DNA from: an uncultured bacterium
GTDB taxonomy: Bacteria > Oederibacteriota > PGYV01 > Palsa-1178
Assembly: GCA_937889595.1 (NCBI GenBank)
Contig: CALAOR010000023.1
Coordinates: 6,614 to 70,613, forward strand
DNA length: 64,000 bases
Reading direction: 5' to 3'
This document shows, in pieces, positions 42,255 through 50,441 of this stretch (position 1 is the stretch's first letter; each line of letters starts with the position of its first letter). The notes under the pieces were generated by a model, which saw nothing but the letters and a program-made list of their open reading frames with translations, did not search any database and had not been told where the DNA came from. The position numbers and the translations under genes were made by a program.

Positions 42255-42635
42255 TTATTTGGACCACAACCCGTGTTTATTGCACAACGACCTGACCTGC
42301 AATACTTCCCCGGGCTTGATGCTGAAATATGCTTCGGGTTTTTCTCCGGGATTTAAGTCCTGCCTCCCCGTTTTGCCGTCTTTTCTTACGACTTCTATGA
42401 ACTGTATCCAGTGGTCCGGGTCCATGGGATGGGCGATTGACCCGACTTTTACCAGGATCCCGCCTCCCTGCGGCACGATCACAGGCAGGTGTTTTTCCCC
42501 CGCGCCTTCCCCGCTTTTTTCATCAAGCAGCTTCATTGGTTCCCCGCAGCACACCAGTTCGCCGTCTCCTCCGACAAAAACCTCCACAACATTACCGCAC
42601 TTGTCGCATTTGTAAATCTCAAGTTTTTTTGCCAC
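42255..42635 (-). CDS. dfx: Desulfoferrodoxin (2Fe superoxide reductase)
   Basis: Probable GTG start (AKKLEIYKC); CxxC..CC, EKH, HPM, HWI, CNKHGLW. Confidence 0.9.
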   Translation of the reverse strand: MAKKLEIYKCDKCGNVVEVFVGGDGELVCCGEPMKLLDEKSGEGAGEKHLPVIVPQGGGILVKVGSIAHPMDPDHWIQFIEVVRKDGKTGRQDLNPGEKPEAYFSIKPGEVLQVRSLCNKHGLWSK

Positions 42636-42666
42636 GCAAAAAACCCCCATTTTAAAATATTATATT

Positions 42667-42841
42667 GATACTGTCGGAAAACCCTATAAAACCATGAAAT
42701 TCTTACTCGCTGCCGGGGCAAACAATTTTTTCATATGGCCTGTGCGCTACTAAAACCCTATATAATACAGGCGCACAATCCATATGAAAAAATTGTTTGC
42801 CCCGGCAGCGACCTATCATAAAGGTCTTTTCCGACAGTCTC
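42667..42841. mobile_element. MITE, 175-bp copy containing an inserted palindrome
   Basis: GATACTGTCGGAAAA / TTTTCCGACAGTCTC termini; flanking direct repeat ATATT (42662-66, 42842-46). Confidence 0.85.
42707..42811. repeat. 105-bp palindrome with perfect 32-bp arms
   Basis: TCGCTGCCGGGGCAAACAATTTTTTCATATGG and its exact reverse complement at 42780-42811; inner TGTGCGC/GCGCACA stem. Confidence 0.9.
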
Positions 42842-42844
42842 ATA

Positions 42845-44026
42845 TTATTTCAAAACTCCTATTTCCCTGTGTTTTGCCGCTATATCGTTGGCCAGCCTGT
42901 CAAGTTCCTTAAACTCGGCTTCCTTAGGCGACCCTTTTGATATTACCGGCGCAAGAACCTCTGCTTTAAAGTTAGACAGGCCCGCCTTTATGACTTCGCT
43001 TGCGCGCTCGCCCCAGCTGAAAGAAGTGATGAAGGTGACAAATTTTGTCTTTGGCCTTAACGCATTCGCTATATACACCAGGTTCGCGGCAACGGGATGC
43101 AGCCCTGCAAGCACGGTGGCCCCCCCTATGATGACTGTCGCCGAATCTATGAGAGCCATGGCTATTTCGCCCAGGTCGGAAACAGGTATATCAAAATAAT
43201 TTACTGTTATTCCTTTTTCTTCAAGCGCGTCCCTTAGATACTCGGCCATTTTCTTCGTGCTGTCGTGCATGGAAACATACGCGAGGGTAACCTCGTTTTT
43301 TACGTCATCAGTTGACCATTCTTTATACGCGTTGATGATGCCCTGCGGGTTTAAATGAATATAACCGTGCGAAGGGGCTATGATCTTTATGCCGAACTTT
43401 TCGATTTTTTGGATATTAGTACGCACGTTATTCCTGAAAGGGGACATGATCTCGGCAAAATACCTCTTTGCGGGCATGTAAAAATGTTCGCCTGCCAGGA
43501 TGTCGGCGGGAGAGAAATGTGAACCAAAAAAATCGCAGGAAAAAAGTATGCCGTCTTCCTTAAGGTACGTAACCATGGTTTCAGGCCAGTGTACCCATGG
43601 GGTCATGGAAAATTCAAGCGTTTTACCCCCGAGGTCAAGCGTGTCGTTGTCCTTGATTATCATAAGCTTATCGGAGGATACAAGGGAAAAATCATTAAGC
43701 ATATTGGCGCACTTTTCATTTGTGACAACCTTTGCACCCGGATACGCGTGCAGTATATATGGTATGGAACCCGTATGGTCCTGCTCGGCATGGTTGGATA
43801 TCACATAGTCGATTTTTTCCACTTTAAGCCTTTTTAAATTGTTAAACAGCTGTTCCCTGACCAGGGGGTCCACAGTATCTATGAGCGCTGTTTTAGAGCT
43901 TCCAATGACAAGATATGAATTGTACGTTGTCCCGTCCGGAAGCGGCACTAACTCGTCAAAAACCCTCCGCTCGGGATGTTTTGCGCCCACGGAATAAACA
44001 TTCTCAGCAAGTTTCTTGGTCGACAT
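42845..44026 (-). CDS. fprA: Flavodiiron protein (A-type flavoprotein)
   Basis: HAEQDH, HWPET, CDFFG, PSHG; flavodoxin domain. Confidence 0.92.
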   Translation of the reverse strand: MSTKKLAENVYSVGAKHPERRVFDELVPLPDGTTYNSYLVIGSSKTALIDTVDPLVREQLFNNLKRLKVEKIDYVISNHAEQDHTGSIPYILHAYPGAKVVTNEKCANMLNDFSLVSSDKLMIIKDNDTLDLGGKTLEFSMTPWVHWPETMVTYLKEDGILFSCDFFGSHFSPADILAGEHFYMPAKRYFAEIMSPFRNNVRTNIQKIEKFGIKIIAPSHGYIHLNPQGIINAYKEWSTDDVKNEVTLAYVSMHDSTKKMAEYLRDALEEKGITVNYFDIPVSDLGEIAMALIDSATVIIGGATVLAGLHPVAANLVYIANALRPKTKFVTFITSFSWGERASEVIKAGLSNFKAEVLAPVISKGSPKEAEFKELDRLANDIAAKHREIGVLK

Positions 44027-44037
44027 GGCTTCCTCCG

Positions 44038-44514
44038 TTATTTATTGATCTCGTTTATTTTAGCCATTACTTCTTTTGCGTGCCCTTCGGGCCTTACTTT
44101 TTCCCACACATACTCTATCTTCCCGCCGCGCCCTATCAGGAACGTAGTGCGCGCTATGCCCATTAACTCACGGCCCATGAACTGTTTTTTCTGCCAGACA
44201 CCGTAAGCCTTGATGACTTTTTTATCAGGGTCGCTTAACAGCGTGATTTTCAGGTTTTGTTTTTTGATGAAGCTCTTGTGGCTGCCGCAGTCATCGGCCG
44301 ACACGCCCAGAATAACCGCGTCAAGCCCCTCAAAATCCGGGTTTTCCTTTGTAAATTCCTTTGCCTCTATGGTGCATCCAGGGGTATCATCCTTGGGATA
44401 AAAATACAGCACAACAATTTTACCCTTAAGATCCTTCAGACAGACATTTTTTTCATCCTCATTGTTCAGGCAAAAATCCGGAGCTTTATTTCCTTTTATT
44501 GCTTTTTTTTGCAT
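44038..44514 (-). CDS. bcp: Peroxiredoxin Bcp/PrxQ
   Basis: YFYPKDDTPGCTIEA, GVSAD, RTTF. Confidence 0.9.
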   Translation of the reverse strand: MQKKAIKGNKAPDFCLNNEDEKNVCLKDLKGKIVVLYFYPKDDTPGCTIEAKEFTKENPDFEGLDAVILGVSADDCGSHKSFIKKQNLKITLLSDPDKKVIKAYGVWQKKQFMGRELMGIARTTFLIGRGGKIEYVWEKVRPEGHAKEVMAKINEINK

Positions 44515-44604
44515 CTTTTTATCCCCAATTGCCGCACGCGGCGCAAATCACTTTTAAATACACGGACTATTCCGTCAAAACGCCGCCTCCAAAGCAGCTC
44601 CCCG

Positions 44605-44641
44605 GACAAAGACTTCAGGCCGGGTATTGGCCCGGCCTGAA
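44605..44641 (-). terminator. Stem-loop after ferritin (possible weak terminator)
   Basis: TTCAGGCCGGG-N6-CCCGGCCTGAA, followed by only a short T tract. Confidence 0.5.
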
Positions 44642-44656
44642 ACCTGTTGTATTATT

Positions 44657-45151
44657 TTAATCAGCTTTCCTTTTCCCGAGCTTATGGTCGAGCTGGTACA
44701 AGCTTCCTTTTGATTCCCCGATAAGCGTTAAAATTCCCAGAATTTCCGAGGTATTTGCCTCTTCTTCCACCTGCTCGTCTATGAACCACTTTAGCATAGA
44801 TTCCGCGGCATAGTCTTTTTCGTCCCTGGCAATTTCCACCAGTTTATATATCAGTCCTGTTACCTTTTGTTCGTGTTCGTAAGCGTCCGTAAAAGCGGCC
44901 AGGGCGTTCTTCCACTCGGTTTTCGGCGCTTCTATGGCTTCAAGTTTGACCCTGCCCCCTCTTTCTATTATGTGGTTATAAAACCTCATTGCGTGGCCGT
45001 ACTCTTCATGGGCCTGTACTTCAAGCCATCCTGCAAAACCCTTGAAGTTCTGTGATTTAAAATCAGCCGCCATTGACAAATACAAAAACGATGAATAAAA
45101 CTCCGCGTTGATCTGTTTGTTGATCGCGGCTTCCATTTTTTTTCCGATCAT
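44657..45151 (-). CDS. ftnA: Non-haem ferritin
   Basis: QINAEFYSS.LYLSM, EEYGHA, HEQKVT, WFIDEQVEEE. Confidence 0.93.
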   Translation of the reverse strand: MIGKKMEAAINKQINAEFYSSFLYLSMAADFKSQNFKGFAGWLEVQAHEEYGHAMRFYNHIIERGGRVKLEAIEAPKTEWKNALAAFTDAYEHEQKVTGLIYKLVEIARDEKDYAAESMLKWFIDEQVEEEANTSEILGILTLIGESKGSLYQLDHKLGKRKAD

Positions 45152-45214
45152 GCCGTTCCCTCCTGAATTCGATTTGTTATTTCAAAAAAATCCCGGCATT
45201 TTCTTTTATTTTAA

Positions 45215-45262
45215 CAATTTTATAATGAATGCAATTTTATAATGACGCTGCAAATTTGTCAA
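45215..45262 (-). promoter_or_regulatory. Ferritin-operon promoter with a 14-bp direct-repeat operator
   Basis: TTGACA-N17-TAAAAT; CAATTTTATAATGA at 45215-28 and 45232-45. Confidence 0.65.
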
Positions 45263-45515
45263 TATTCAATAATTGCAAACATTACAATGCCGGAATATTT
45301 CCATATATGCTGATAATACATAGTGATTTGGATTTTTGTTATATCTTTTTTCCACTTTATATTGACTTTTTTTCAGGAGAAAAACAGGTTGTGGATTTCA
45401 GGGAAATTGGATACTGCGGCTTTAAATATCTATTAGTCATTACCCGACTTTGGAAAATTTACCTGAACAGATAAAGTCCAACAATCCCAATCCTCGTTAT
45501 ATCATTTTGAAATGA

Positions 45516-45543
45516 AATACCCCGCAGCAAGCTGCGGGGTATT
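45516..45543. repeat. REP-like palindrome (may also terminate the TA operon)
   Basis: AATACCCCGCAGC-AA-GCTGCGGGGTATT, a perfect 13-bp inverted repeat. Confidence 0.75.
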
Positions 45544-45557
45544 GTACCTGCGTATTA

Positions 45558-45866
45558 TTAAACCGCGATAAAAATATCAGTTTTTGCTTTGAGCCCCATG
45601 GCAATTTTGCCGATTGTGTCAACTGTGATATTCTGTTCTCCGTTTTCAATTCTTGATACTTCCCCTTGGCTCATGTGAAGCAATTTTGCCAATCCCTTTT
45701 GAGAAATATGCCTTTTCTTTCTTGCTATCTGAACCTGCGCTCCAATCTTGTTTCTTAACTCCTCAACTTTATACTCTGCGTTAAACTCCTTATTTTTCAT
45801 CTGAGTTTCAAGCCAATTATCAAAATATACCGCCTTTTTACCATGGGTCATTGTTTTAGTTTTCAT
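45558..45866 (-). CDS. XRE-family HTH antitoxin (HigA-like)
   Basis: ISQKGLAKLLHMSQGEVSRIENG; ATGA overlap with the upstream toxin gene. Confidence 0.85.
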   Translation of the reverse strand: MKTKTMTHGKKAVYFDNWLETQMKNKEFNAEYKVEELRNKIGAQVQIARKKRHISQKGLAKLLHMSQGEVSRIENGEQNITVDTIGKIAMGLKAKTDIFIAV

Positions 45867-46225
45867 AATATTATCTCTCCTTTTTGAATTCTGTTGTTAA
45901 AATCATTCCTGCGCGCTTTTGCTGTTTCTATATCATTTCTATCTAGATCATTACGTTTCTTTTTGAAAGCACTCAGTAAAACTATCTTATTTTTGATACA
46001 AAAATAGTACAAAATTCTGAAATTATTTGGACTAAATTCTACTCTCATTTCATAAATGCCGTCTTCTATCTTTGCTGCTTTTGGCCTGTGCAATTGAAAA
46101 CCTAATGTTTCCAATTCACTAATAGACCTGGCAATTTTTGCCCTTGTTTTTATGTCCTGTTCCATTAAAAAATCTTCAACATAACTTTGACCGCTTTTTG
46201 TCGTGTAAAAAATTGCTTTAAACAT
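45863..46225 (-). CDS. RelE/HigB (Gp49-like) toxin
   Basis: IFY..G..V.DFL, GIYEMR, FRILY, LLSAFKKK; toxin-first order. Confidence 0.85.
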   Translation of the reverse strand: MFKAIFYTTKSGQSYVEDFLMEQDIKTRAKIARSISELETLGFQLHRPKAAKIEDGIYEMRVEFSPNNFRILYYFCIKNKIVLLSAFKKKRNDLDRNDIETAKARRNDFNNRIQKGEIIL

Positions 46226-46248
46226 CTATCCTCCACCCTTCTATTTAG

Positions 46249-46277
46249 ATTATATACCATATATGGTATACTGTCAA
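46249..46277 (-). promoter_or_regulatory. Consensus sigma70 promoter of the TA operon with a palindromic operator
   Basis: TTGACA-N17-TATAAT; perfect 18-bp palindrome TATACCATATATGGTATA (46253-70). Confidence 0.85.
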
Positions 46278-46377
46278 GTTCTTGTTGGCTGATATCATTT
46301 AATTACTCGACTTTGGCAAATTTGCCTGAACGGATAAAATGCAGTAATCCTAACCCTCATTATATTATTTTGTACTC

Positions 46378-46423
46378 AAAAAAAATGCCCTGCGGGCTTT
46401 GCCTTCGGCAGCCACGCAGGGCA
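46378..46423 (-). terminator. Hairpin/terminator downstream of the VR
   Basis: TGCCCTGCG..TGCC-GAA-GGCA..CGCAGGGCA followed by T8. Confidence 0.75.
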
Positions 46424-46491
46424 AAAATATACACACAAACGAACACACAAAAAAAACATTTCAAAATGTAAAAAGGTAAAAATCCAAAATG

Positions 46492-47568
46492 TTAATACGT
46501 CCTCGCAAAGCGGAAGCCGCTGTAGTAGAACGAACTATACGGGATGTCGTTGAAGCGGATGCCCACCTTCAGGTAGTACGCGTAGTCGTAGGAGCTACCG
46601 CCCCGCAACACGCGTCTGGAGCCGCTTGCAGGTCCTCTATAGTCTGTAGATATACCTGGATAGGTTCCATACCAATCCCAACACCACTCCGCTACATTGC
46701 CCGACATATCATAAAGACCCAGCGCATTTGCTGTTTTTCCGCCTACTGCATGTGGACTACTACAATTTGCATTATACCACGCTACAAGTCCGGTTGCCGT
46801 TGCGTTGGTATAGTCCGCTGTCGCGCCGCTGGCATAGTTATACGGCGTCCAGCTTGACCCGTTTATATAACTTGTCGCGTACTGGTATTCACCTTCTGAA
46901 GGCAATCTGTATCCGTTATTTGTCCATGCACAAACCGCGTTATCACAAGCTGTCGCATTGGTTGAATCCTTTATCACTGCGCTTAAATAGGTATAGCAGG
47001 GTGTCAACCCGGTCTTTTCACTATATGCATTACACCACACTATAACATCCCGCCAGCTCACATATGTTACCGGCTGATATTTTGCAGTGGTCGGTGCGGC
47101 ACTACCTACTGTTTCGTAAATTCCCTCTGCGCCTACATTTTGAAAAGTATAACCGTTGGCAACAGCCCAATGATACACTATATACCACAAATTATACGTC
47201 ACTTGATATTTTCCCATTTTAAAAGCAGATATTGTATGGCTGAAACCACCTGTTCCACTATCATCTGTCTGCGTAAATGTGCCGCCGGGAACTGATACAA
47301 TAACCGAAGAATCAAATAAGGTTTCCGCAGCCACAGCGGTCTGAACTACGGCCACCACTACTGCGGTTTGCGTTGCGTTCACCACTACTGCGGTTTGCGT
47401 TGCCATCGCTACTACAGTTTGCGTGGAAGCGGTTATCGCCGTCTGCGTAGAATTGATGGTTGGAGTACTGGTGGCGCCCGGCCCCGAAGGTTGCGATTTC
47501 TTACAACCGATTGCGGCAAATACTGCAACGACACACAAAACGATAAGTACTGATATTTTTGTTTTCAT
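46492..47568 (-). CDS. Lipoprotein with FGE-sulfatase (CLec-fold) domain; probable DGR target protein
   Basis: Start re-called at MKTKIS (GGGAGG RBS); lipobox AIGC; TQTAV repeats; YRLPSEGE, GLYDMSGNVAEW, RVLRGGS..GFRFAR. Confidence 0.88.
   Translation of the reverse strand: MKTKISVLIVLCVVAVFAAIGCKKSQPSGPGATSTPTINSTQTAITASTQTVVAMATQTAVVVNATQTAVVVAVVQTAVAAETLFDSSVIVSVPGGTFTQTDDSGTGGFSHTISAFKMGKYQVTYNLWYIVYHWAVANGYTFQNVGAEGIYETVGSAAPTTAKYQPVTYVSWRDVIVWCNAYSEKTGLTPCYTYLSAVIKDSTNATACDNAVCAWTNNGYRLPSEGEYQYATSYINGSSWTPYNYASGATADYTNATATGLVAWYNANCSSPHAVGGKTANALGLYDMSGNVAEWCWDWYGTYPGISTDYRGPASGSRRVLRGGSSYDYAYYLKVGIRFNDIPYSSFYYSGFRFARTY
46495..46626 (-). other. DGR-type variable region (VR)
   Basis: C-terminal ~43 codons with NNC codons (TAC, GAC, TTC, ATC, AGC, AAC) at positions where DGR templates carry AAC; followed by T-rich heptamer repeats. 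Confidence 0.7.
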
Positions 47569-47599
47569 TTGAAACCTCCCTTTAGATTCGGTTGAGTTG

Positions 47600-47627
47600 A
47601 TTATAACCCTCCCCATTATTTTGTAAA
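47600..47627 (-). promoter_or_regulatory. Sigma70-like promoter inside the cassette
   Basis: TTTACA-N16-TATAAT about 30 nt upstream of the ATG. Confidence 0.55.
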
Positions 47628-47693
47628 GTTTTTACATTTGCAGAATAAATTTTTTAAAGTCGAGTAATTAGTCATTTGTAATTAGTAATTTAC

Positions 47694-48857
47694 TTAGACA
47701 AGCCCTTCAGGATTTAAAACAGTCCCGCCTGTTTTCATGACTTCCTGCAATTTCTGATAGTCCACCGTATCGCCGAGAAGAATTGCTCCGCTGAGTTTCC
47801 CATCTTTTATGAATACCCGCTTGAAAACCCCGCCTTCGTGTTTTGTAAATACCCTGGTGTCAGCGTCTGCCTCGATATTTCCCATGGAGCCCAGGTCTAT
47901 GCCCGCGACTTTGAGCTTTGCGGATAAAACGCTCCCTTTATATTCTGTTTTTTCCCCAGCCGCGTTCAAACCCGCCGCAGTGCCCTGTTCTTTCGCGGCC
48001 GGCCATATGCCATATACCATGCCGTTGTACTCGGTTACGTCGCCGCAGGCATAGATGCCGGGTATATTTGTTTCCATAAAATTATTCACTTTTATCCCCT
48101 TATCCGCCGCGATATCCGTTCCTTCTATGATCTTCAGGTTACTCCGGATTCCGCTGGAAAACAGTATGAGTCCGGCCGTAAGGTTTGTGCCGTCCTTGAA
48201 ATTCACGGTCAATTCATTTCCCGCGGCTGAAATTGTTTGCGCTTGTTTAGGAAGCATGAATTTAAGGCCTTTTGTCTCGAGCATGGCCCGCAGGATCGCT
48301 GCGCCGTCCATGTCAAGTTGCCGCGGGAGCAGTCTGTCAAAAAACTCGACTATCGTTGTCTGCAATCCCCTCGTGACAAGCGATACAGCGGCTTCTATGC
48401 CCAAAAGCCCTCCGCCGATAACTGCCGCTGTTTTTTTATCTTTTGAATAATTAATGACGGCGTTGGCGTCGTCTATGGTGCGCAGCGTAAAAACCCCGGG
48501 ATTTTTCGAACCTTCAACCGGAGGTATGAAGGAATAAGCCCCGGCCGCTATTATTAACTTGTCATAGTTTTCTTTTGCCCCGTTTTCCAGGATAACTGCC
48601 CTGCCACCCGCATCGATTGATCTTACATTAACCGGGTATATAAGATTGATCCCGTTTATATCGTAAAATTCCTTTTTCTTTATTATTATCTGTTCCTGCG
48701 TCACCCTGCCTGACAAAAGTTCAATGACACGCGGCCTTGAATAATGCGTGTACTTCTCGTCGCTTATCATGGTTACCGCTATTGAAGGGTCTTTTCTTCT
48801 GATACCCTCGGCCGCCGCTATTGCAGCCGCGCCGTTACCTATGATCACTATTTTCAT
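47694..48857 (-). CDS. FAD/NAD(P)H-dependent oxidoreductase (NADH:rubredoxin oxidoreductase-like)
   Basis: GNGAA, YSRP, GGGLLG.E, IYACGD, KLKVAG. Confidence 0.85.
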   Translation of the reverse strand: MKIVIIGNGAAAIAAAEGIRRKDPSIAVTMISDEKYTHYSRPRVIELLSGRVTQEQIIIKKKEFYDINGINLIYPVNVRSIDAGGRAVILENGAKENYDKLIIAAGAYSFIPPVEGSKNPGVFTLRTIDDANAVINYSKDKKTAAVIGGGLLGIEAAVSLVTRGLQTTIVEFFDRLLPRQLDMDGAAILRAMLETKGLKFMLPKQAQTISAAGNELTVNFKDGTNLTAGLILFSSGIRSNLKIIEGTDIAADKGIKVNNFMETNIPGIYACGDVTEYNGMVYGIWPAAKEQGTAAGLNAAGEKTEYKGSVLSAKLKVAGIDLGSMGNIEADADTRVFTKHEGGVFKRVFIKDGKLSGAILLGDTVDYQKLQEVMKTGGTVLNPEGLV

Positions 48858-48887
48858 GAACCCTCCTGGTTTTCATCATTCACCTTT

Positions 48888-50435
48888 TTAAAACGGAAAT
48901 GCCTTTATTTGTTTTACGTTCTGCTTCGTCCTGTCCGGTTTTTTTGCGATCCCGTGAATCGTTTTTGCCTGTACAGTTATAGCCTTTTTCGGCCTGGCCG
49001 GGCATACATGCTCGCATGCGCCGCAGCCTATGCACAGGTTATCTATCATTTTTGGTATTTCAAGGCCTTTTTTGCCGTAAGGCACCATGGAGCACGCTTT
49101 TGTGGGGCAGTATTCATTGCATATGGTGCACTGCACGCTTTTTGTCTTGACCACGCACTTGCTCTCCTCGAATTTTGCCAGGCCTATGGACGTGATCTTT
49201 TTCTCTTCAACAGTCAGCGGTTCTATGGCGCTTGTCGGGCATATATGGCTGCATATATTGCAGCTGTAATTGCAGTATGACGCGTCATAATCCATCCTGG
49301 GCTGCATGACGCCGTCAATGCCGCTTTGTGACGACGCAGGGGTTAAGACTTTTGTCGGGCAGTTTGACACGCACATGTGGCAGCCTATGCACCTGGACAT
49401 GAAACGTTTTACGTTCTTTGACCCCGGAGGCGCTATGATATTATCCAGGCTGAGCGCGGTCAATCCCGAATCGATCTTTGCGAATAATTTTGAGACTCCA
49501 GCCGTGTACAGGAGGGCGGCGCCAGTTCCGGCTGTTATTACGGCAATGGCATGCCTTCTTGTCTTTGCAAAATTTTCAGAATGAACGGGCACTGATTTCC
49601 GGGCATATTTAATTGCCCCAAATTTGCATGCGTCGACGCAGTTATAACAGCCCACGCACCTGGAAAAATCAAGTTCATGGTTTTTATAGTCTATGCACTG
49701 CGACTTGCATGTTTTTTCGCACAACCCGCAGTTGGTACAGCTGTCCTTTATGATTTTCAATTTGTAAACCGAAATTGCGGCAAAAAGGCTTAATATGCCG
49801 CCAACAGGGCATAAGGTATTGCAGTAAATCCTTCCCTTCCACATTGACATCAATAATATCGCGGCAAAGAACCCGGCAATGCCAAAAATAATCCCCAAAC
49901 TTATGTAATGCATATTCATGGGCCTTACAAAGAAAATATCAAAAGTATTAAGTGCGTAAGCAGTGATGTTATTCAGGTAAACATAAGCGGGCCTGATCAG
50001 ATCAACGGTTATTCTGCCAAAGTTTGCGAAGGGATCGGACATATTAAGCAAAACCATACTGCCGGTTATCATAAGTACAATAACAGACGCAAGCATGACG
50101 TACTTGATAATGTTCAGCGGTTTATCAAATAAAAAAGGTCTCTTTAAAACCCCGGTCCTGTACTTTATGGCGCAGTCCTGCAGCGTTCCCAAAGGGCACA
50201 GGAACGAGCAGTAGGCCCTTCCGTATATGAGCGTGATAATTGATATCAAAATAAAACCCGCGCCGCCGCCCGCCAGAAAAGTCGCGGAAAATTCCAGGAA
50301 TGAAGGGAAAAACTGGAAAGCTGTTATGATATGCGTGAAGTATTCATTCTGTTTTGTTAAAGCCATAAAGGCCCACAGGAACATGGACAAAAACACCAGC
50401 GATGTGATCACCCTTATAGCCTTGAGTTTTTTCAT
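48888..50435 (-). CDS. Membrane polyferredoxin (4Fe-4S binding, NapH/MauN-like)
   Basis: GRAYCSFLCPLG, GRIYCNTLCPVG, several CxxCxxCxxxC motifs. Confidence 0.85.
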   Translation of the reverse strand: MKKLKAIRVITSLVFLSMFLWAFMALTKQNEYFTHIITAFQFFPSFLEFSATFLAGGGAGFILISIITLIYGRAYCSFLCPLGTLQDCAIKYRTGVLKRPFLFDKPLNIIKYVMLASVIVLMITGSMVLLNMSDPFANFGRITVDLIRPAYVYLNNITAYALNTFDIFFVRPMNMHYISLGIIFGIAGFFAAILLMSMWKGRIYCNTLCPVGGILSLFAAISVYKLKIIKDSCTNCGLCEKTCKSQCIDYKNHELDFSRCVGCYNCVDACKFGAIKYARKSVPVHSENFAKTRRHAIAVITAGTGAALLYTAGVSKLFAKIDSGLTALSLDNIIAPPGSKNVKRFMSRCIGCHMCVSNCPTKVLTPASSQSGIDGVMQPRMDYDASYCNYSCNICSHICPTSAIEPLTVEEKKITSIGLAKFEESKCVVKTKSVQCTICNEYCPTKACSMVPYGKKGLEIPKMIDNLCIGCGACEHVCPARPKKAITVQAKTIHGIAKKPDRTKQNVKQIKAFPF

Positions 50436-50441
50436 GCCCGG

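Larger units (their letters stand above)
46300..47670. mobile_element. Inverted-repeat-bounded non-autonomous cassette carrying the FGE-sulfatase gene
   Basis: TAATTACTCGACTTT (46300-14) and its exact reverse complement (47656-70), with weaker similarity further inward; no transposase inside. Confidence 0.6.

Noticed and set aside
38479-45151. Selenocysteine recoding in the redox enzymes
   Set aside because: Active sites use Cys codons and the ORFs are full length with no in-frame TGA.
46489-46857. 122-aa plus-strand ORF over the VR
   Set aside because: Antisense shadow caused by the codon bias of the VR; no RBS.
45152-47700. DGR template repeat, RT or transposase near the VR gene
   Set aside because: No A-rich second copy of the VR and no RT or DDE motifs found by eye here or elsewhere in the window.
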